Shown: positions 8,802-19,285, counted from the first letter of the stretch. The stretch is DNA of 64,000 bases from Alphaproteobacteria bacterium (GCA_020632755.1 JACKEY010000009.1:63332-127331); one strand, 5' to 3'. A program made the numbers and translations. Notes: a model not told the origin generated them from the sequence alone.

Positions 8802-8963
8802 GGGAACACCAGGAACCGGCTCGCGACGAGGAGACGCGGCCGAGGCAGGAGCGACGGGAGGAGCGGGCGGCGGACGATGGGCGCGCCCAGCAGGCCCCGG
8901 TGCGGGGTCGCGCGGGCGCGCGCGAGGGAGGTCCGCAGACCTTCGCAAGCTCACTGGCGCCTG

Positions 8964-9815
8964 TCAAGCCTGGTGTTCGAAATCACCTGAAGGTTCTGCC
9001 GGAGAGAGCGCTCGCTGCTGGGCTCCCAGCGCCTCGATGGCGTCCGCGCAGCGCCGGGCGGCGGCCTTCCAGGCCTTGGGATCCTCCGGACGGTCGCGCA
9101 GCTCGCCGAAGTCCACCGGTGGCCCGAAGACCACGTCGAGGGGGTGGTTGGCCGGGTCCCCGAAGTTCTTGCGCATCTCGGCGAACAGATCGTTGCTGGC
9201 GCCCAGCACGAAGATCGGGATCACCAGCACGTCGGGGCACTGGAGCGCCACCAGGCCGACCCCCCGGGTCAGGCGCGTGAGCCGGTAGGGATCGCCCGTC
9301 TTGTTCCGGGTGCCTTCGGGGTGGATGCCGACCACCGTGCCGGGCAGCTGCAGCTCGGCCACCAGCCGCTCGAGCGCGTATTCGTTGAAGGCCATGCCCT
9401 CGCGGCTGCGCAGGATGGGCGGGAACATCGACATGCCCGACATCAGCAGGTTGAGCGGCGGGCCGAGCGGGTGGTCGTAGAAGAAGGTCGAGCGGACCGG
9501 GAACAGCACCCGGCGCGACAGGCGCGTGTGCCGGAAGGTGACCGCCATCACCTGGAAGAAGTCGAAGAAGCTGCGGTGGTTGGCGACCAGCACCACGCGG
9601 CTGTCGGCCGGCAGGTCCGCGACGTGGTGGAGCCCCGTGATCCGCATGCGGCGGCTGCTGGCCGCCCAGGTCATGAAGATCATGAACGTGGAGTTCCACG
9701 CCTTGGCCCAGAAGCCCAGGTGGCGCACGAACAGGTCGGCCAGCGAGAAGGCCGCCCGCTCCATGGGCTGGAGCACGGCGCGCTGCTGGGGGGTGGGCGG
9801 AGGGGGTGCGGTCAT
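8964..9815 (-). CDS. lysophospholipid (1-acyl-sn-glycerol-3-phosphate) acyltransferase family
   Basis: NHRSFFD (HX4D acyltransferase motif) and PEGTRNKTG block. Confidence 0.75.
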   Translation of the reverse strand: MTAPPPPTPQQRAVLQPMERAAFSLADLFVRHLGFWAKAWNSTFMIFMTWAASSRRMRITGLHHVADLPADSRVVLVANHRSFFDFFQVMAVTFRHTRLSRRVLFPVRSTFFYDHPLGPPLNLLMSGMSMFPPILRSREGMAFNEYALERLVAELQLPGTVVGIHPEGTRNKTGDPYRLTRLTRGVGLVALQCPDVLVIPIFVLGASNDLFAEMRKNFGDPANHPLDVVFGPPVDFGELRDRPEDPKAWKAAARRCADAIEALGAQQRALSPAEPSGDFEHQA

Positions 9816-9924
9816 CGACGGTCTCCTCGGCTAACCAGCCGTCTGCTCCCCGTGCCTCCCGGCGCTACACTGGCGACCTCGCCCGTCCTCCTCCGCACTC
9901 CCCACCGCCCTCCACCGAGCCTCC

Positions 9925-11697
9925 GTGCACGTCACCCCCGTCCACGATGACGTGGCGCCGCCGCTGGCAGACGGTCGCTACCGGCTGATCGGGGTCCTGG
10001 GCGCGGGCGGCATGGCCACCGTCTACAAGGTGTGGGACAGCCGGCTGCAGGTGGCCCGCGCGGTCAAGCTGCTGGCACCGGCCCTGGCCCGCAGCCCCCG
10101 GACGCGCGAGCGCTTCGAGAGCGAGGCCCGCCTGATGGCCCGGCTGCACCACCACAACATGGTGACCGTGCACGACGTCGGCCACGACCCCGGCGGCGCC
10201 GAGGGCGATCGCGCCTGGATGGTGATGGAGCTGCTCACCGGCGGCAGCCTGGCCGACCGGCTGCTCACCGACGGCCCGATGGCCCCGTCGCGGGCCTGCC
10301 AGGTCTGCCACGACGTGCTGCTGGCGCTGCAGGTCGCCCACGACGCCGGCGTCGTGCACCGGGACATCAAGCCCCACAACATCCTGCTGGCCGGCGACGG
10401 CACGCCCAAGATCACCGACTTCGGCATCGCGCGGGCCAACAACCGCAACATCTCGCTGACCCGCACGGGCGCGGTGATGGGCACCTGGGCCTTCATGGCC
10501 CCCGAGATCCGCAGCAACGCCAAGCAGGCCGACGTGCAGTCCGACCTGTACGCGATGGGCGCGACCCTCTACATGATCGCGACGGGCCGCCAGCCGCTGG
10601 ACCTGCAGGCCAGCAACGTCCGGGACCACATCCTGGGCGATCTGCCGCCGGCCCTGCGCACCGTCATCGAGCGCTCCACCGAGTACCTGCCCCAGGACCG
10701 CTACGGCTCGGCCCGCGAGATGGCCGCCGACCTGCTGCCCCTCGTCACGACCCTGGCCGACCTGCCGGCCCCCGAGGTGGAACCTGCTCCCGACTTCGGG
10801 CCCGACTCCGCGCCCGTGCCCGATCACCCGACCACGCTGCTCGGGGACAGCGATCTGCCGCCCGACAGCGACGACGACGAGAGCTCGGCCGAGGCGCCCG
10901 CGGACGAACGAGGCGCGGCCCCGCTCCAGCCGCCGCCCTCGCCGGCGGATGGCCTCCTCGCGGTCGACGAGCCGTCGCACACCATGGTCCCGCCCGAAGG
11001 CCTGGCCGAGCCGCTGCCTTCGGCGAGCTCGCTCGCGCCCCCGCCGAGCCGTGACACCTTCCTGTCGGCAGACCTGGACGACGAGCTGCCCGCGCCCACG
11101 GCCGGCGGGCGCCGCATGTGGGTCCCGGCCCTGGCCGCCCTGCTGCTGGTCGGAGGGGTCGGCGGCATCTGGTGGAACAGCCGCTCGACCCCAGGGGAGG
11201 AGGGAGCCGCGCCGGTCGAGGCGCCGGCCACCGTGACGGCCGAGGGCGTGCGCCGGAAGGACCCGCCGTTGGCGGGAATCGCGGGGGAGGAGGCGGCTGC
11301 GGGAGAGGCGGCTGCGGGAGAGGCGGCTGCGGGAGACGCGGCTGCCAGCGAGGCGCCCGATGCGACGGTGCCCGCCGAGGCGGCCCCTGCGGCCGTGCCT
11401 CGGGAGACGGCTCCTGCCGCCGCGCCGCGCGAGACGGCCCCGCGGGAGCCGGCCGCGCCGGAGCCCGAGCCGGGCCTGCTGCGGATCAACAGCCTGCCGC
11501 CCGCCCAGGTGTCCATCGATGGCGGCCCGCTGCGCGACACGCCGATCCGGGACGGCGTGTCGCTGCGCCCGGGGACGCACCGCCTGCGGTTCGTCGATGC
11601 GTGGGGCACCGAGCGCACCACCTCCGTGACCATCCAGGCCGGCAAGGCCCAGGTGGTCTGCTGGGACATCGAGGCCGACGCCGCCTGCGCCCGATAG
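9925..11697 (+). CDS. Ser/Thr protein kinase with a Pro/Ala-rich linker, TM segment and C-terminal PEGA-like domain
   Basis: GAGGMATVYK, AVK, HRDIKPHNILL, DFGIAR and APE motifs. TM segment WVPALAALLLVGGVGGIWW. C-terminal LLRINSLPPAQVSIDGGPLRDTP...GTHRLRF is PEGA-like. GTG start. Confidence 0.9.
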   Translation: MHVTPVHDDVAPPLADGRYRLIGVLGAGGMATVYKVWDSRLQVARAVKLLAPALARSPRTRERFESEARLMARLHHHNMVTVHDVGHDPGGAEGDRAWMVMELLTGGSLADRLLTDGPMAPSRACQVCHDVLLALQVAHDAGVVHRDIKPHNILLAGDGTPKITDFGIARANNRNISLTRTGAVMGTWAFMAPEIRSNAKQADVQSDLYAMGATLYMIATGRQPLDLQASNVRDHILGDLPPALRTVIERSTEYLPQDRYGSAREMAADLLPLVTTLADLPAPEVEPAPDFGPDSAPVPDHPTTLLGDSDLPPDSDDDESSAEAPADERGAAPLQPPPSPADGLLAVDEPSHTMVPPEGLAEPLPSASSLAPPPSRDTFLSADLDDELPAPTAGGRRMWVPALAALLLVGGVGGIWWNSRSTPGEEGAAPVEAPATVTAEGVRRKDPPLAGIAGEEAAAGEAAAGEAAAGDAAASEAPDATVPAEAAPAAVPRETAPAAAPRETAPREPAAPEPEPGLLRINSLPPAQVSIDGGPLRDTPIRDGVSLRPGTHRLRFVDAWGTERTTSVTIQAGKAQVVCWDIEADAACAR

Positions 11698-11706
11698 ACT
11701 GACCGG

Positions 11707-13014
11707 GTGCGACCTGTCCTTCCCTTCCTGCTGACCCTGGTGCTGGGGTCCGGCGCGGCCCATGCCGCGGACGTGGTGCTGCACGACGGCGTGCAGCCCG
11801 ACGCGGCCCGCGTGGCCCTGGCTGCCGTGCCCGACCTGTCGGCCTCCGCCACCCTGGTGACCCCGACCGGCCTGACCGCCACGCTGCGTCCCGCCCTGCC
11901 CGGCCCCGGCCAGCTGCGTCTGTGCGACGGCCCGCCGCTCACCGCCGCCGCGCTGACCGCCGCCGGCCGCGAAGCCGCCGGCCACGTCGCCTACTTCGAG
12001 TTCGACCAGGCCGCGGGCATCCTGGACGGCGTGCTGCCGCGGCTGGTCTGCCTGGACCACGCGGTCGACCCCCAGGAAGCCGGCCGCACCTGGTTCCTGC
12101 GCGGCTACATCGCCCACGAACAAGGCCAGGACGACGTCGCCCGTCGGGCCTTCCGCCAGGCCCTGCTGTTCTCGCCGGAGATGCCGTGGGACGGCGACTA
12201 CCCCGACAGCGGCCGCCCCCTGCTCGAAGACGCGCGCCAGGCGCTGACCGATCAGCAGCCCCTGACCCTGCTGCCCGCCGCCGACGGCGCGACCGTCTGG
12301 CTGGACGGCCGTCAGGTCGACCCCAGCACGCCCCTGTCCATGGCCCCCGGCGAGCACCTGCTGCAGGTGTCCACGATCCCGATGCTGACCCTGGCGGTGG
12401 ACGCCGGGGCCGGCGCCGACCGCCTGCTGGTCCCGAACCTGGTCGACGACGCCGTCGTGCACCAGGTCGACGGCAGCCGCGGGCGGGCGCGGATCGACGC
12501 TGCGCTGGGCCCGGCGCTGGCGTCCGACGATCGGCTGATCGTCGTGGCCGGCCAGACGGTGTGGGTGCGGTCACCGGATGGGGCCTGGAGCCCCGCCGGA
12601 GCCTCGGCCCCGGCGACGACCGCGACCGTGCAGCCCGACCCGGTGGCGCCGCCCGCCGACCCGCCGCCGGCGGACGACCCGCCGTCCCGCCGCCGCAGCG
12701 GTCCGGGCGCGCTCGGGTGGTCTGGCGTCGGGCTGGCCGTGGCCGGTGGCGGGGTCATCGCCGCCGGACAGGTCGTCGGTCGGTCCGCAGTGTCCGACGC
12801 CCAGACCGCCACCACCGACGGCGACGGCACCGCCTGGAGCCAGGCCGCCTCCCGCTACGACACGGCCGAGCTGCTGCTCCCCATCGGCTACGCGGCTGCC
12901 GGGGTCGGCGGAGCGCTGCTGGTCACCGGCATCGCGCTGGACCACGACGGCCCCACCCTCGCTCCGCTGCTCGGTCCGGGCATGGCGGGCCTGCGCGCCG
13001 AGGTGCCCTGGTGA
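11707..13014 (+). CDS. secreted protein with a C-terminal TM anchor, hypothetical
   Basis: Signal peptide MRPVLPFLLTLVLGSGAAHAADV. C-terminal hydrophobic segments. Starts 10 nt after the kinase stop. Confidence 0.6.
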   Translation: MRPVLPFLLTLVLGSGAAHAADVVLHDGVQPDAARVALAAVPDLSASATLVTPTGLTATLRPALPGPGQLRLCDGPPLTAAALTAAGREAAGHVAYFEFDQAAGILDGVLPRLVCLDHAVDPQEAGRTWFLRGYIAHEQGQDDVARRAFRQALLFSPEMPWDGDYPDSGRPLLEDARQALTDQQPLTLLPAADGATVWLDGRQVDPSTPLSMAPGEHLLQVSTIPMLTLAVDAGAGADRLLVPNLVDDAVVHQVDGSRGRARIDAALGPALASDDRLIVVAGQTVWVRSPDGAWSPAGASAPATTATVQPDPVAPPADPPPADDPPSRRRSGPGALGWSGVGLAVAGGGVIAAGQVVGRSAVSDAQTATTDGDGTAWSQAASRYDTAELLLPIGYAAAGVGGALLVTGIALDHDGPTLAPLLGPGMAGLRAEVPW

Positions 13015-14723
13015 TCCTCCTCCTCCTGGTGACCGGCTGCCTCCCTCCCCTGCCCGCGGGCCCCGGGGCCGGCGACGGCGACACCGACGTCTCCGACAGC
13101 GGCATCTCCGACGGTGGGGACACCGACGCGGACACCGACGCAGACTCGGACACCGACACCGACACCGACACCGGTGCCGACGACGCCGACGGCGACGGCT
13201 TCTCCGTGCCGGACGACTGCGACGACACCGACCCGGACGTGAACCCCGACGCCACCGAGATCTGCGACAACGGCATCGACGACAACTGCGACGGCCGGGC
13301 CACGCCCTGCCAGTTCGACGGCGACTACGGCGTGGACGACGCCGTCGGCACCGTCAGCGGCCAGACGACCAACGGCTACGTCGGCTCGTCGCTCGCGGTC
13401 GTCGTCATGGACACCGGCCCGGCCGTCGCCGTGGGCGCCGGGTGGGACAACCAGGGCGTCGTGTGGTTCTTCCAGGACTTCTCGCCGTCCGACGGCTCGG
13501 CGGACCTCACGACGGCCGACGCGACCCTGTCCCTGCGCGGCGAAGCCACCGGCGATCAGAGCGGCCGGGCCATGGCCGTCGCCGATGTCGACGGCGACGG
13601 CCACCCCGACCTGCTCGTCGGCGGCTACGCCAGCACGCTGCTCGGGTCCATCGCCACGACGCGGACCACCGGCCCCATCGTGCACATCGTCCACGGCCCG
13701 ATCCCCTCGTCGGCCGACGACCTGTACACCGCGGCCGATGTGCGCATCACCGGCGGCACCACCGCGACCGCGACCTACGGCCACATCGAGCTCGACGTGG
13801 CCGACGTCATGGGCCTCCGCCGGGCCGACGTGATCCTGAGCTTCCACACCTTCTCGGATGCCGCCGGCACCAACGCCCCGGTCAACCGGGGCGGGCTGGC
13901 CGTGCTGGCCGACCGACCGGCCGGCGAGCTCGATCTCGAGACCGACGCCGACCTGCGCATCGAAGGCGAGTCGCTGGGGGACGGCCTGGGTGCGGGCCTG
14001 GCCACCGTCGACGTCGATGGGGACGGTATCGACGACATCGTGGTGGGCGGACACGGGGCCGGCGGCGCCGACAGCTCGTCCCACGGCACCGTCTACGTGG
14101 TCGACGCGTCCGACTACGAAGGCGACGGCAACATCGTGTCCATCGACGATATCGCCGATCTGACCATCGAAGCCAGCGGCGCCACCGACCGGCTGGGCTT
14201 CACGGTGGCCGACGTCGGCGACGTGGACGGCGACGGCCGCGAGGACATCGCCATCGGCGCCGACGGCAGCATCTACGGCCAGCCCGACGCCGGCGAGGTG
14301 CTGGTCTTCCACACCGGCGGGCTGCCGGCGAGCGGCGCGCTGACCGCCGGCGACGCCGACTTCCGCCTGCAGGGCCAGGAGTCGGGCCGCTCGGGCGGGC
14401 GGCTCGGCTTCGAGATCGTGCCCGCCGGCGACGTCGATCACGACGGCCACGACGACTTCTACGCCAGCGGGATCTGGGAAGAGGTCGCCGGGACCGCGTC
14501 GGGCCGGGTCCACCTGGTCCCCGGCGGCCTGACCGGCCTGCTCGGCGTCGACGACGACGGGCTGCTCGCCACCTTCAGCGGCGCGGCCGGCACCGACTTC
14601 GGCGTGTCCATGATCAGCAACCGCGATCTGACCGGTGACGGCGTGGCCGATCTGGCCGTCGGCGCCTGGTCGTGGAGCACCGGGCGCGGCCGGGTCTACG
14701 CCTTCGCGAGCCCGACCTGGTGA
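13011..14723 (+). CDS. FG-GAP/integrin-alpha repeat lipoprotein with an Asp/Thr-rich linker and a Cys-rich metal-binding-like motif
   Basis: GTG overlaps the upstream stop (GTGA). VILLLLVTGC lipobox. DxDxDGxxD repeats (ADVDGDGHPDLLVGG, VDVDGDGIDDIVVGG, GDVDGDGREDIAIGA, GDVDHDGHDDFY, DLTGDGVADLAVGA). DCDDTDPDVNPDATEICDNGIDDNCDG motif. Confidence 0.8.
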   Translation: MILLLLVTGCLPPLPAGPGAGDGDTDVSDSGISDGGDTDADTDADSDTDTDTDTGADDADGDGFSVPDDCDDTDPDVNPDATEICDNGIDDNCDGRATPCQFDGDYGVDDAVGTVSGQTTNGYVGSSLAVVVMDTGPAVAVGAGWDNQGVVWFFQDFSPSDGSADLTTADATLSLRGEATGDQSGRAMAVADVDGDGHPDLLVGGYASTLLGSIATTRTTGPIVHIVHGPIPSSADDLYTAADVRITGGTTATATYGHIELDVADVMGLRRADVILSFHTFSDAAGTNAPVNRGGLAVLADRPAGELDLETDADLRIEGESLGDGLGAGLATVDVDGDGIDDIVVGGHGAGGADSSSHGTVYVVDASDYEGDGNIVSIDDIADLTIEASGATDRLGFTVADVGDVDGDGREDIAIGADGSIYGQPDAGEVLVFHTGGLPASGALTAGDADFRLQGQESGRSGGRLGFEIVPAGDVDHDGHDDFYASGIWEEVAGTASGRVHLVPGGLTGLLGVDDDGLLATFSGAAGTDFGVSMISNRDLTGDGVADLAVGAWSWSTGRGRVYAFASPTW

Positions 14724-14914
14724 GCGGGCTGCTGTGGCTGCTGGGCTCCGTCGTCCTGGCCAAGGGCGTCGCGCCCGACAGCCCGGCGCGCGTGGCCGCC
14801 CCGAGCGCTGGCACGCTCATGCGCTGGGCCGCGACGCAGGACCAGACGGTGAAGCTGCTGACGCCGGACGGGGTGAAGTAGCGGTGGGAGGGGCGACGGG
14901 GGCCGACCGGTGGG

Positions 14915-15409
14915 TCAGGGGCCGACCGGACGCCGCAGCGAGGCCGGATCGCGCCGATACTGCGCATCCCGCTCGTCGGAGAAGCCTGAGGTGGCGTGGG
15001 GCAGGTAGGCGCCGAGGGCCTGGAGCACGGCATCTTCGCCGCCGAACTGGACCGGGAGGCGCAGGTGCTTGCCGTCGGCCATCCGCAGCAGGATCCACGA
15101 GGTGGCCTTGTTGCGCACGACGAAGGCGTAGATCCACACGATCTCCTGGGGCCGCTCCCGCAGCAGCTGCAGGGGCCTGGCCTTGCGCGGATCGCCGAGT
15201 GCAGGGATGAAGAACAGCAGCCCCAGCAGGCCGGCACCGGCACACAGCACCCAGAGGTTCCGTTCCGGCGGGGACAGCGCGAAGAACGACGCCGCCGCCA
15301 GCGACAGGAACAGGACCGGCACGACGATGGCCGTCTTCCGGTAGCTTCGCTTGCGGTCGACGACCTGCTGCACGAGCAGGGTCTCGAGCTGTGGAGGGAG
15401 CTCACTCAC
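14915..15409 (-). CDS. hypothetical membrane protein (2 TM)
   Basis: 164-aa ORF with GC-rich third positions and two hydrophobic helices. No family recognised. Confidence 0.55.
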   Translation of the reverse strand: MSELPPQLETLLVQQVVDRKRSYRKTAIVVPVLFLSLAAASFFALSPPERNLWVLCAGAGLLGLLFFIPALGDPRKARPLQLLRERPQEIVWIYAFVVRNKATSWILLRMADGKHLRLPVQFGGEDAVLQALGAYLPHATSGFSDERDAQYRRDPASLRRPVGP

Positions 15410-15551
15410 GGGCCCGCCAGAGGTGGACGTTGGTCTCCGCCCCTATCGGGGCCGCGCTCTCGCCGTCCAGACCTGGCAAGTCGGCCCCAGGCCCGCCCGC
15501 CGCATGGGTCTACGCTCAGCGGATGAAGAGAAGGCCCCTGGCCGCTCTACC

Positions 15552-15612
15552 CGAGACGCAACGAAGCCCGCCGGAGCGGGCTTCGAGCCGAGAGAGCGCT
15601 CATCAGCTGCAA
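15552..15612 (+). repeat. direct repeat, left copy (att-like)
   Basis: CGAGACGCAACGAAGCCCGCCGGAGCGGGCTTCGAGCCGAGAGAGCGCTCATCAGCTGCAA, identical to 23252-23312. Contains a 9-bp-stem hairpin at 15563-15584. Confidence 0.95.
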
Positions 15613-15653
15613 ACACGACTGCCAGCCCGTATGCTCGGCCCGAGGGAGGCCCC

Positions 15654-17975
15654 ATGGACTTGGCTGGCACCTTTGGATGCGTCTTCACTGCTGTCTTCCT
15701 GGCAGCGGTGTTTGGGGTCGCGATCTTCTTGGGCGCTCGCAGCCGCAAGCAGGAAGAGACCTGGGACGAGTTGGCCGACTCCCCGGGTCCTCCTCCCAGC
15801 TTCCCGACGAAGCAGCAGGCTGCTCCAGCCCGGCCCAGGACGCGACCAGCATCCGTCACCCGCAGCCCGCAGACCGCCAACGCCCGGTGGACGGGCGCCG
15901 GAGAGTCCATCAGCGTGGCCGGCCGCACCTTCGACGCCCCCTGGGTGTGGTTCGGAACCGAGCTGAAAGCAGCAGGCGACCGGTACGGGACCGAGGCGGC
16001 CCTCGTGAATCCTCGCTTGCCTGTCGACTTCGCGGCGCCCGATTCCCGGGGCGAAGGCATGGGCTACTGGCCTCGATACGCCGACATCAGCCCCCAGTGT
16101 CGAGCGGCTTACCTCCAGTGGCTTGCCGACGGTCGCCAGGGCCCACACGCCAACATCGGCTACGTGTTCCTGTACTTCTACGGCATCGAGCGGCGGTTGT
16201 TGGTCGACCTCCTCCCCAAGGGCCACGAACAACCAGAGGTGGTGCGTCTCCTGGCGGAAGTGCGCCGGCTGCGTGAGCTCTACAAGGAGAACGCCTCGTT
16301 CGCGAGCTACTCGGGAGGGTTGCTCGACTTCGTCCAGGCGGGTGACCACGCGCGGCAGGACCCGACTCAGCTTCGCCCCCCTCTGCACAGCTCTCACTGG
16401 GACCTCCCTCTCGGCCTTCGCGTTGCGCTGGGCAAGCAGTTGTCCAGCGGGCAACCCCTGACCGCTGACTGGGCACTCGCCTGGGGCCTGCACCACTTCT
16501 CGGTCGGCAAGCGCACTCCCGTGGATCGGTGTCGGGACGAGGTCATCGCCTTGTTCAGGATCCGGTTCGAGGAGCGCTACCCCGGGGGGATGAAGGTCAA
16601 GGCTCCGAAGCGTCGGATCAAGGTGGAGTACCGCTCCGCCAGCCCGTCGTTGCTCCAGTCCGCGTCCTCGCTGGAGATCGACCTCCCGGATGTGGGGGCG
16701 CTCTCGGCGCCTCTCGAGAAGGTCCACGCCGTGCTTGACGCCTGTTGCGATGAGTTGGCTTCGTACAGCCGTTGGGTTGGAAGGAACCCCGACCAGGTGG
16801 GCAGCCTGCAGGCAGCGGCCCTGCTCCCTCCAATCTTGATCGCCACCTTGGACACACCATCGCTCTCCGGGCTTCGGTCGTGGTTGGCTGGTCTGGACTT
16901 GAATGGAGGAGATGTCGGAGCCCAGGAACTGCTGGGTGTCTGGCAGCCAGCGTCGGGAAAGTGGAGCAAGAAGGACTCGGTCCAGCTCTGCCAACTGCTC
17001 GATGGCCATGGTGTCGGGGTCGAGCCGGATGCCCGATTCGGGGGCGCCCGCCTGGACAATGCGAACCGCCTGGTTCTGTTCCGCCTCGAATCCGGTGCGC
17101 CGGACACGCCCTCGAACGCCTACCAGTCAGCCACACTGGCGCTCCACCTCGCTACCGCGGTTGTGCATGCCGACGGAGTGATCGACACCCAGGAGGAGGA
17201 GGGGCTCGAACGATTGCTGGAACGGAACCTCCACCTTTCCTCACCCGAACGAACCCGCCTCCGAGCACACCTGCGCTGGCTACTCCTCGACCACCCCGGG
17301 ATGGGGGGCCTGAGCACGCGACTCAAGGCCCTGGCTCCGAGCGACCGGACCGCACTCGCCAAGACAATGGCCGCCATGGCAACGGCAGGCGGTGGCGCGG
17401 GGCCTTCCGAACTCAAGCTCCTCGAGAAGATCTACAAGCACCTCGGCCAGGACCCGACTCAGCTGTATGAGCATGTCCATCAGGCCGCCGCGGCCCCGGC
17501 ATCGGACCAGGGGCCCATCACCGTCCGCGAAGGACGCCAGGGCCCTGTCGGCCACAGCATCCCAGGCCCACCTCAGACCAGCAGCCCTCCCAGAGCCAAG
17601 CCGGGATTCGAGCTCGACCTCGAACGCGTGGCCCACCGCGTCAAAGAAACCGAGCAGGTCGCCAGGATACTCGGGGACATCTTCGACAGCGACGACCTGC
17701 ACGGGGAACCCGAGCGCACCTCGCCGGACGAGCCCGCCGTGGAAGGCGTCGCCGGATTGGACGAGGCACATTCTGCGCTCGTTCGGATCCTGGTGACGCA
17801 GCCGACCTGGCAGCGCGAAGATGCAGAAGCAAGAGCCGATGCCCTGGGGTTGTTCCTCGGCGGCGCGATCGAGACCATCAACGATGCCACCTACGATCAC
17901 TGTGACGCCCCACTCGTCGAGGGCGACGAAGAACTCGAGATCGACCCTCAGGTCGCTGCGGAGTTGTGCCCATGA
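15654..17975 (+). CDS. sngA: TerB-N / TerB-C domain protein with an N-terminal TM helix (Shango SngA-like)
   Basis: ATG at 15654 after GAGGGAGG. TM segment GTFGCVFTAVFLAAVFGVAIFLGA. ...WPRYADISPQCRAAYLQWLADGR...GYVFLYFYGIERRLL matches the TerB N-terminal domain pattern. A central TerB-like helical region (ATAVVHADGVIDTQEEEGLERLL) and an acidic C-terminal domain follow. Confidence 0.75.
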   Translation: MDLAGTFGCVFTAVFLAAVFGVAIFLGARSRKQEETWDELADSPGPPPSFPTKQQAAPARPRTRPASVTRSPQTANARWTGAGESISVAGRTFDAPWVWFGTELKAAGDRYGTEAALVNPRLPVDFAAPDSRGEGMGYWPRYADISPQCRAAYLQWLADGRQGPHANIGYVFLYFYGIERRLLVDLLPKGHEQPEVVRLLAEVRRLRELYKENASFASYSGGLLDFVQAGDHARQDPTQLRPPLHSSHWDLPLGLRVALGKQLSSGQPLTADWALAWGLHHFSVGKRTPVDRCRDEVIALFRIRFEERYPGGMKVKAPKRRIKVEYRSASPSLLQSASSLEIDLPDVGALSAPLEKVHAVLDACCDELASYSRWVGRNPDQVGSLQAAALLPPILIATLDTPSLSGLRSWLAGLDLNGGDVGAQELLGVWQPASGKWSKKDSVQLCQLLDGHGVGVEPDARFGGARLDNANRLVLFRLESGAPDTPSNAYQSATLALHLATAVVHADGVIDTQEEEGLERLLERNLHLSSPERTRLRAHLRWLLLDHPGMGGLSTRLKALAPSDRTALAKTMAAMATAGGGAGPSELKLLEKIYKHLGQDPTQLYEHVHQAAAAPASDQGPITVREGRQGPVGHSIPGPPQTSSPPRAKPGFELDLERVAHRVKETEQVARILGDIFDSDDLHGEPERTSPDEPAVEGVAGLDEAHSALVRILVTQPTWQREDAEARADALGLFLGGAIETINDATYDHCDAPLVEGDEELEIDPQVAAELCP

Positions 17976-19285
17976 AGACCCGACAGCTTCGTCCCCGAGA
18001 GCGGGACGCCATCCTGCAGTCCTTGCGCGCCGGAGTCGTGCCGCGTGTCGGCCAACAGCACATCCAGGTGGGCCGCGCCCGAGAAGTCGAGGCTGTGGTG
18101 CGTGACATCGATCGCATCGCCGACGGGGGCTCGGCGATTCGCTTCGTCATCGGTGCGTACGGCTCCGGCAAGACCTTCTTCCTGCAGCTCGTGCGGTCGA
18201 TCGCCATGGAGAAGAAGCTGGTCGCCGCACACGCCGACCTGACTCCCGACCGACGCCTGCAGGCGTCGGGAGGCCAGGCGCGCAACCTCTTCGCGGAGCT
18301 GATGCGCAATGTGTCGACGCGCTCGAAGCCGGACGGTGGGGCCCTCCCGAGTGTCGTCGAGCGTTTCGTGTCGAGTGCCCTCCAGGAGGCGCGGGCGGAG
18401 GGTGTCCCGCCCACGGCGGTGCTCCATCGTCGGCTCGAAGCCTTGTCGGAGCTCGTCGGGGGATACGACTTCGCCCACGTCGTCGAGCGGTACTGGACAG
18501 GCCACGACACCGGCAACGACAGGATGAAGGCGGATGCAGTCCGCTGGCTTCGAGGCGAATTCACAACGAAGACGGACGCCCGCAAGGCGCTGGGCGTGCG
18601 GACCATCGTGGACGACAACAACGTCTACGACCAGTTGAAGCTGATGGCAGTCTTCGTTCGGCTGGCAGGGTACTCCGGCCTGCTCGTCGGACTCGATGAG
18701 ATGGTCAACCTCTTCAAGCTCTCCCACACCGCATCGCGCAATGCCAACTACGAACAGATCCTCCGCGTCTTGAATGACAGCCTTCAAGGGTCGGCCGCCG
18801 GGCTGGGGTTCGTGATGGGCGGCACCCCGGAGTTCCTGATGGACACGCGTCGGGGGCTTTACAGCTACGAGGCGCTCCAGACCCGACTCTCCGAGAATCG
18901 GTTCGCCACCGGCGAGCTCGTGGACATGAGTGGTCCCGTGATTCGGCTCGCGAGCCTGTCACCAGAGGATCTCTTCGTCTTGCTGACCAAGCTCCGAAGT
19001 GTCTCCGCGGACAGGGAGACCGGGACCGACCTTGTTCCGGACGAGGCCCTCAAGGCGTTCATGGTCCATTGCCACGAGCGCATCGGGGAGGCGTACTTCC
19101 GCACACCGCGCAACACCATCAAGGCCTTCGTGCAGATGTTGGCCGTCCTGGAGCAGAACCCTGGCACCTCGTGGCAAGACCTCCTCGGCAACGTGGACAT
19201 CTCCGCTGACGAAGGCGGCGCTGATGACCTCGCGCTCGACGACGACGCCCAAGGAGACGACGAGCTCTCCTCGTTTCGGCTGTAG
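17972..19285 (+). CDS. sngB: DUF2791 / BrxD-like P-loop ATPase (Shango SngB-like)
   Basis: ATG overlaps the sngA stop (ATGA at 17972-17975). ...ILQSLRAGVVPRVGQQHIQVGRAREV...FVIGAYGSGKTFFLQL (Walker A). LLVGLDEM (Walker B-like). Confidence 0.75.
   Translation: MKTRQLRPRERDAILQSLRAGVVPRVGQQHIQVGRAREVEAVVRDIDRIADGGSAIRFVIGAYGSGKTFFLQLVRSIAMEKKLVAAHADLTPDRRLQASGGQARNLFAELMRNVSTRSKPDGGALPSVVERFVSSALQEARAEGVPPTAVLHRRLEALSELVGGYDFAHVVERYWTGHDTGNDRMKADAVRWLRGEFTTKTDARKALGVRTIVDDNNVYDQLKLMAVFVRLAGYSGLLVGLDEMVNLFKLSHTASRNANYEQILRVLNDSLQGSAAGLGFVMGGTPEFLMDTRRGLYSYEALQTRLSENRFATGELVDMSGPVIRLASLSPEDLFVLLTKLRSVSADRETGTDLVPDEALKAFMVHCHERIGEAYFRTPRNTIKAFVQMLAVLEQNPGTSWQDLLGNVDISADEGGADDLALDDDAQGDDELSSFRL

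Noticed and set aside
14720-14881. A 53-aa GTG ORF overlapping the stop of the FG-GAP lipoprotein gene (VSGLLWLLGSVVLAKG…).
   Set aside because: A GTGA overlap and a hydrophobic N-terminus are suggestive. There is no other support, and it may be a chance ORF in GC-rich DNA.
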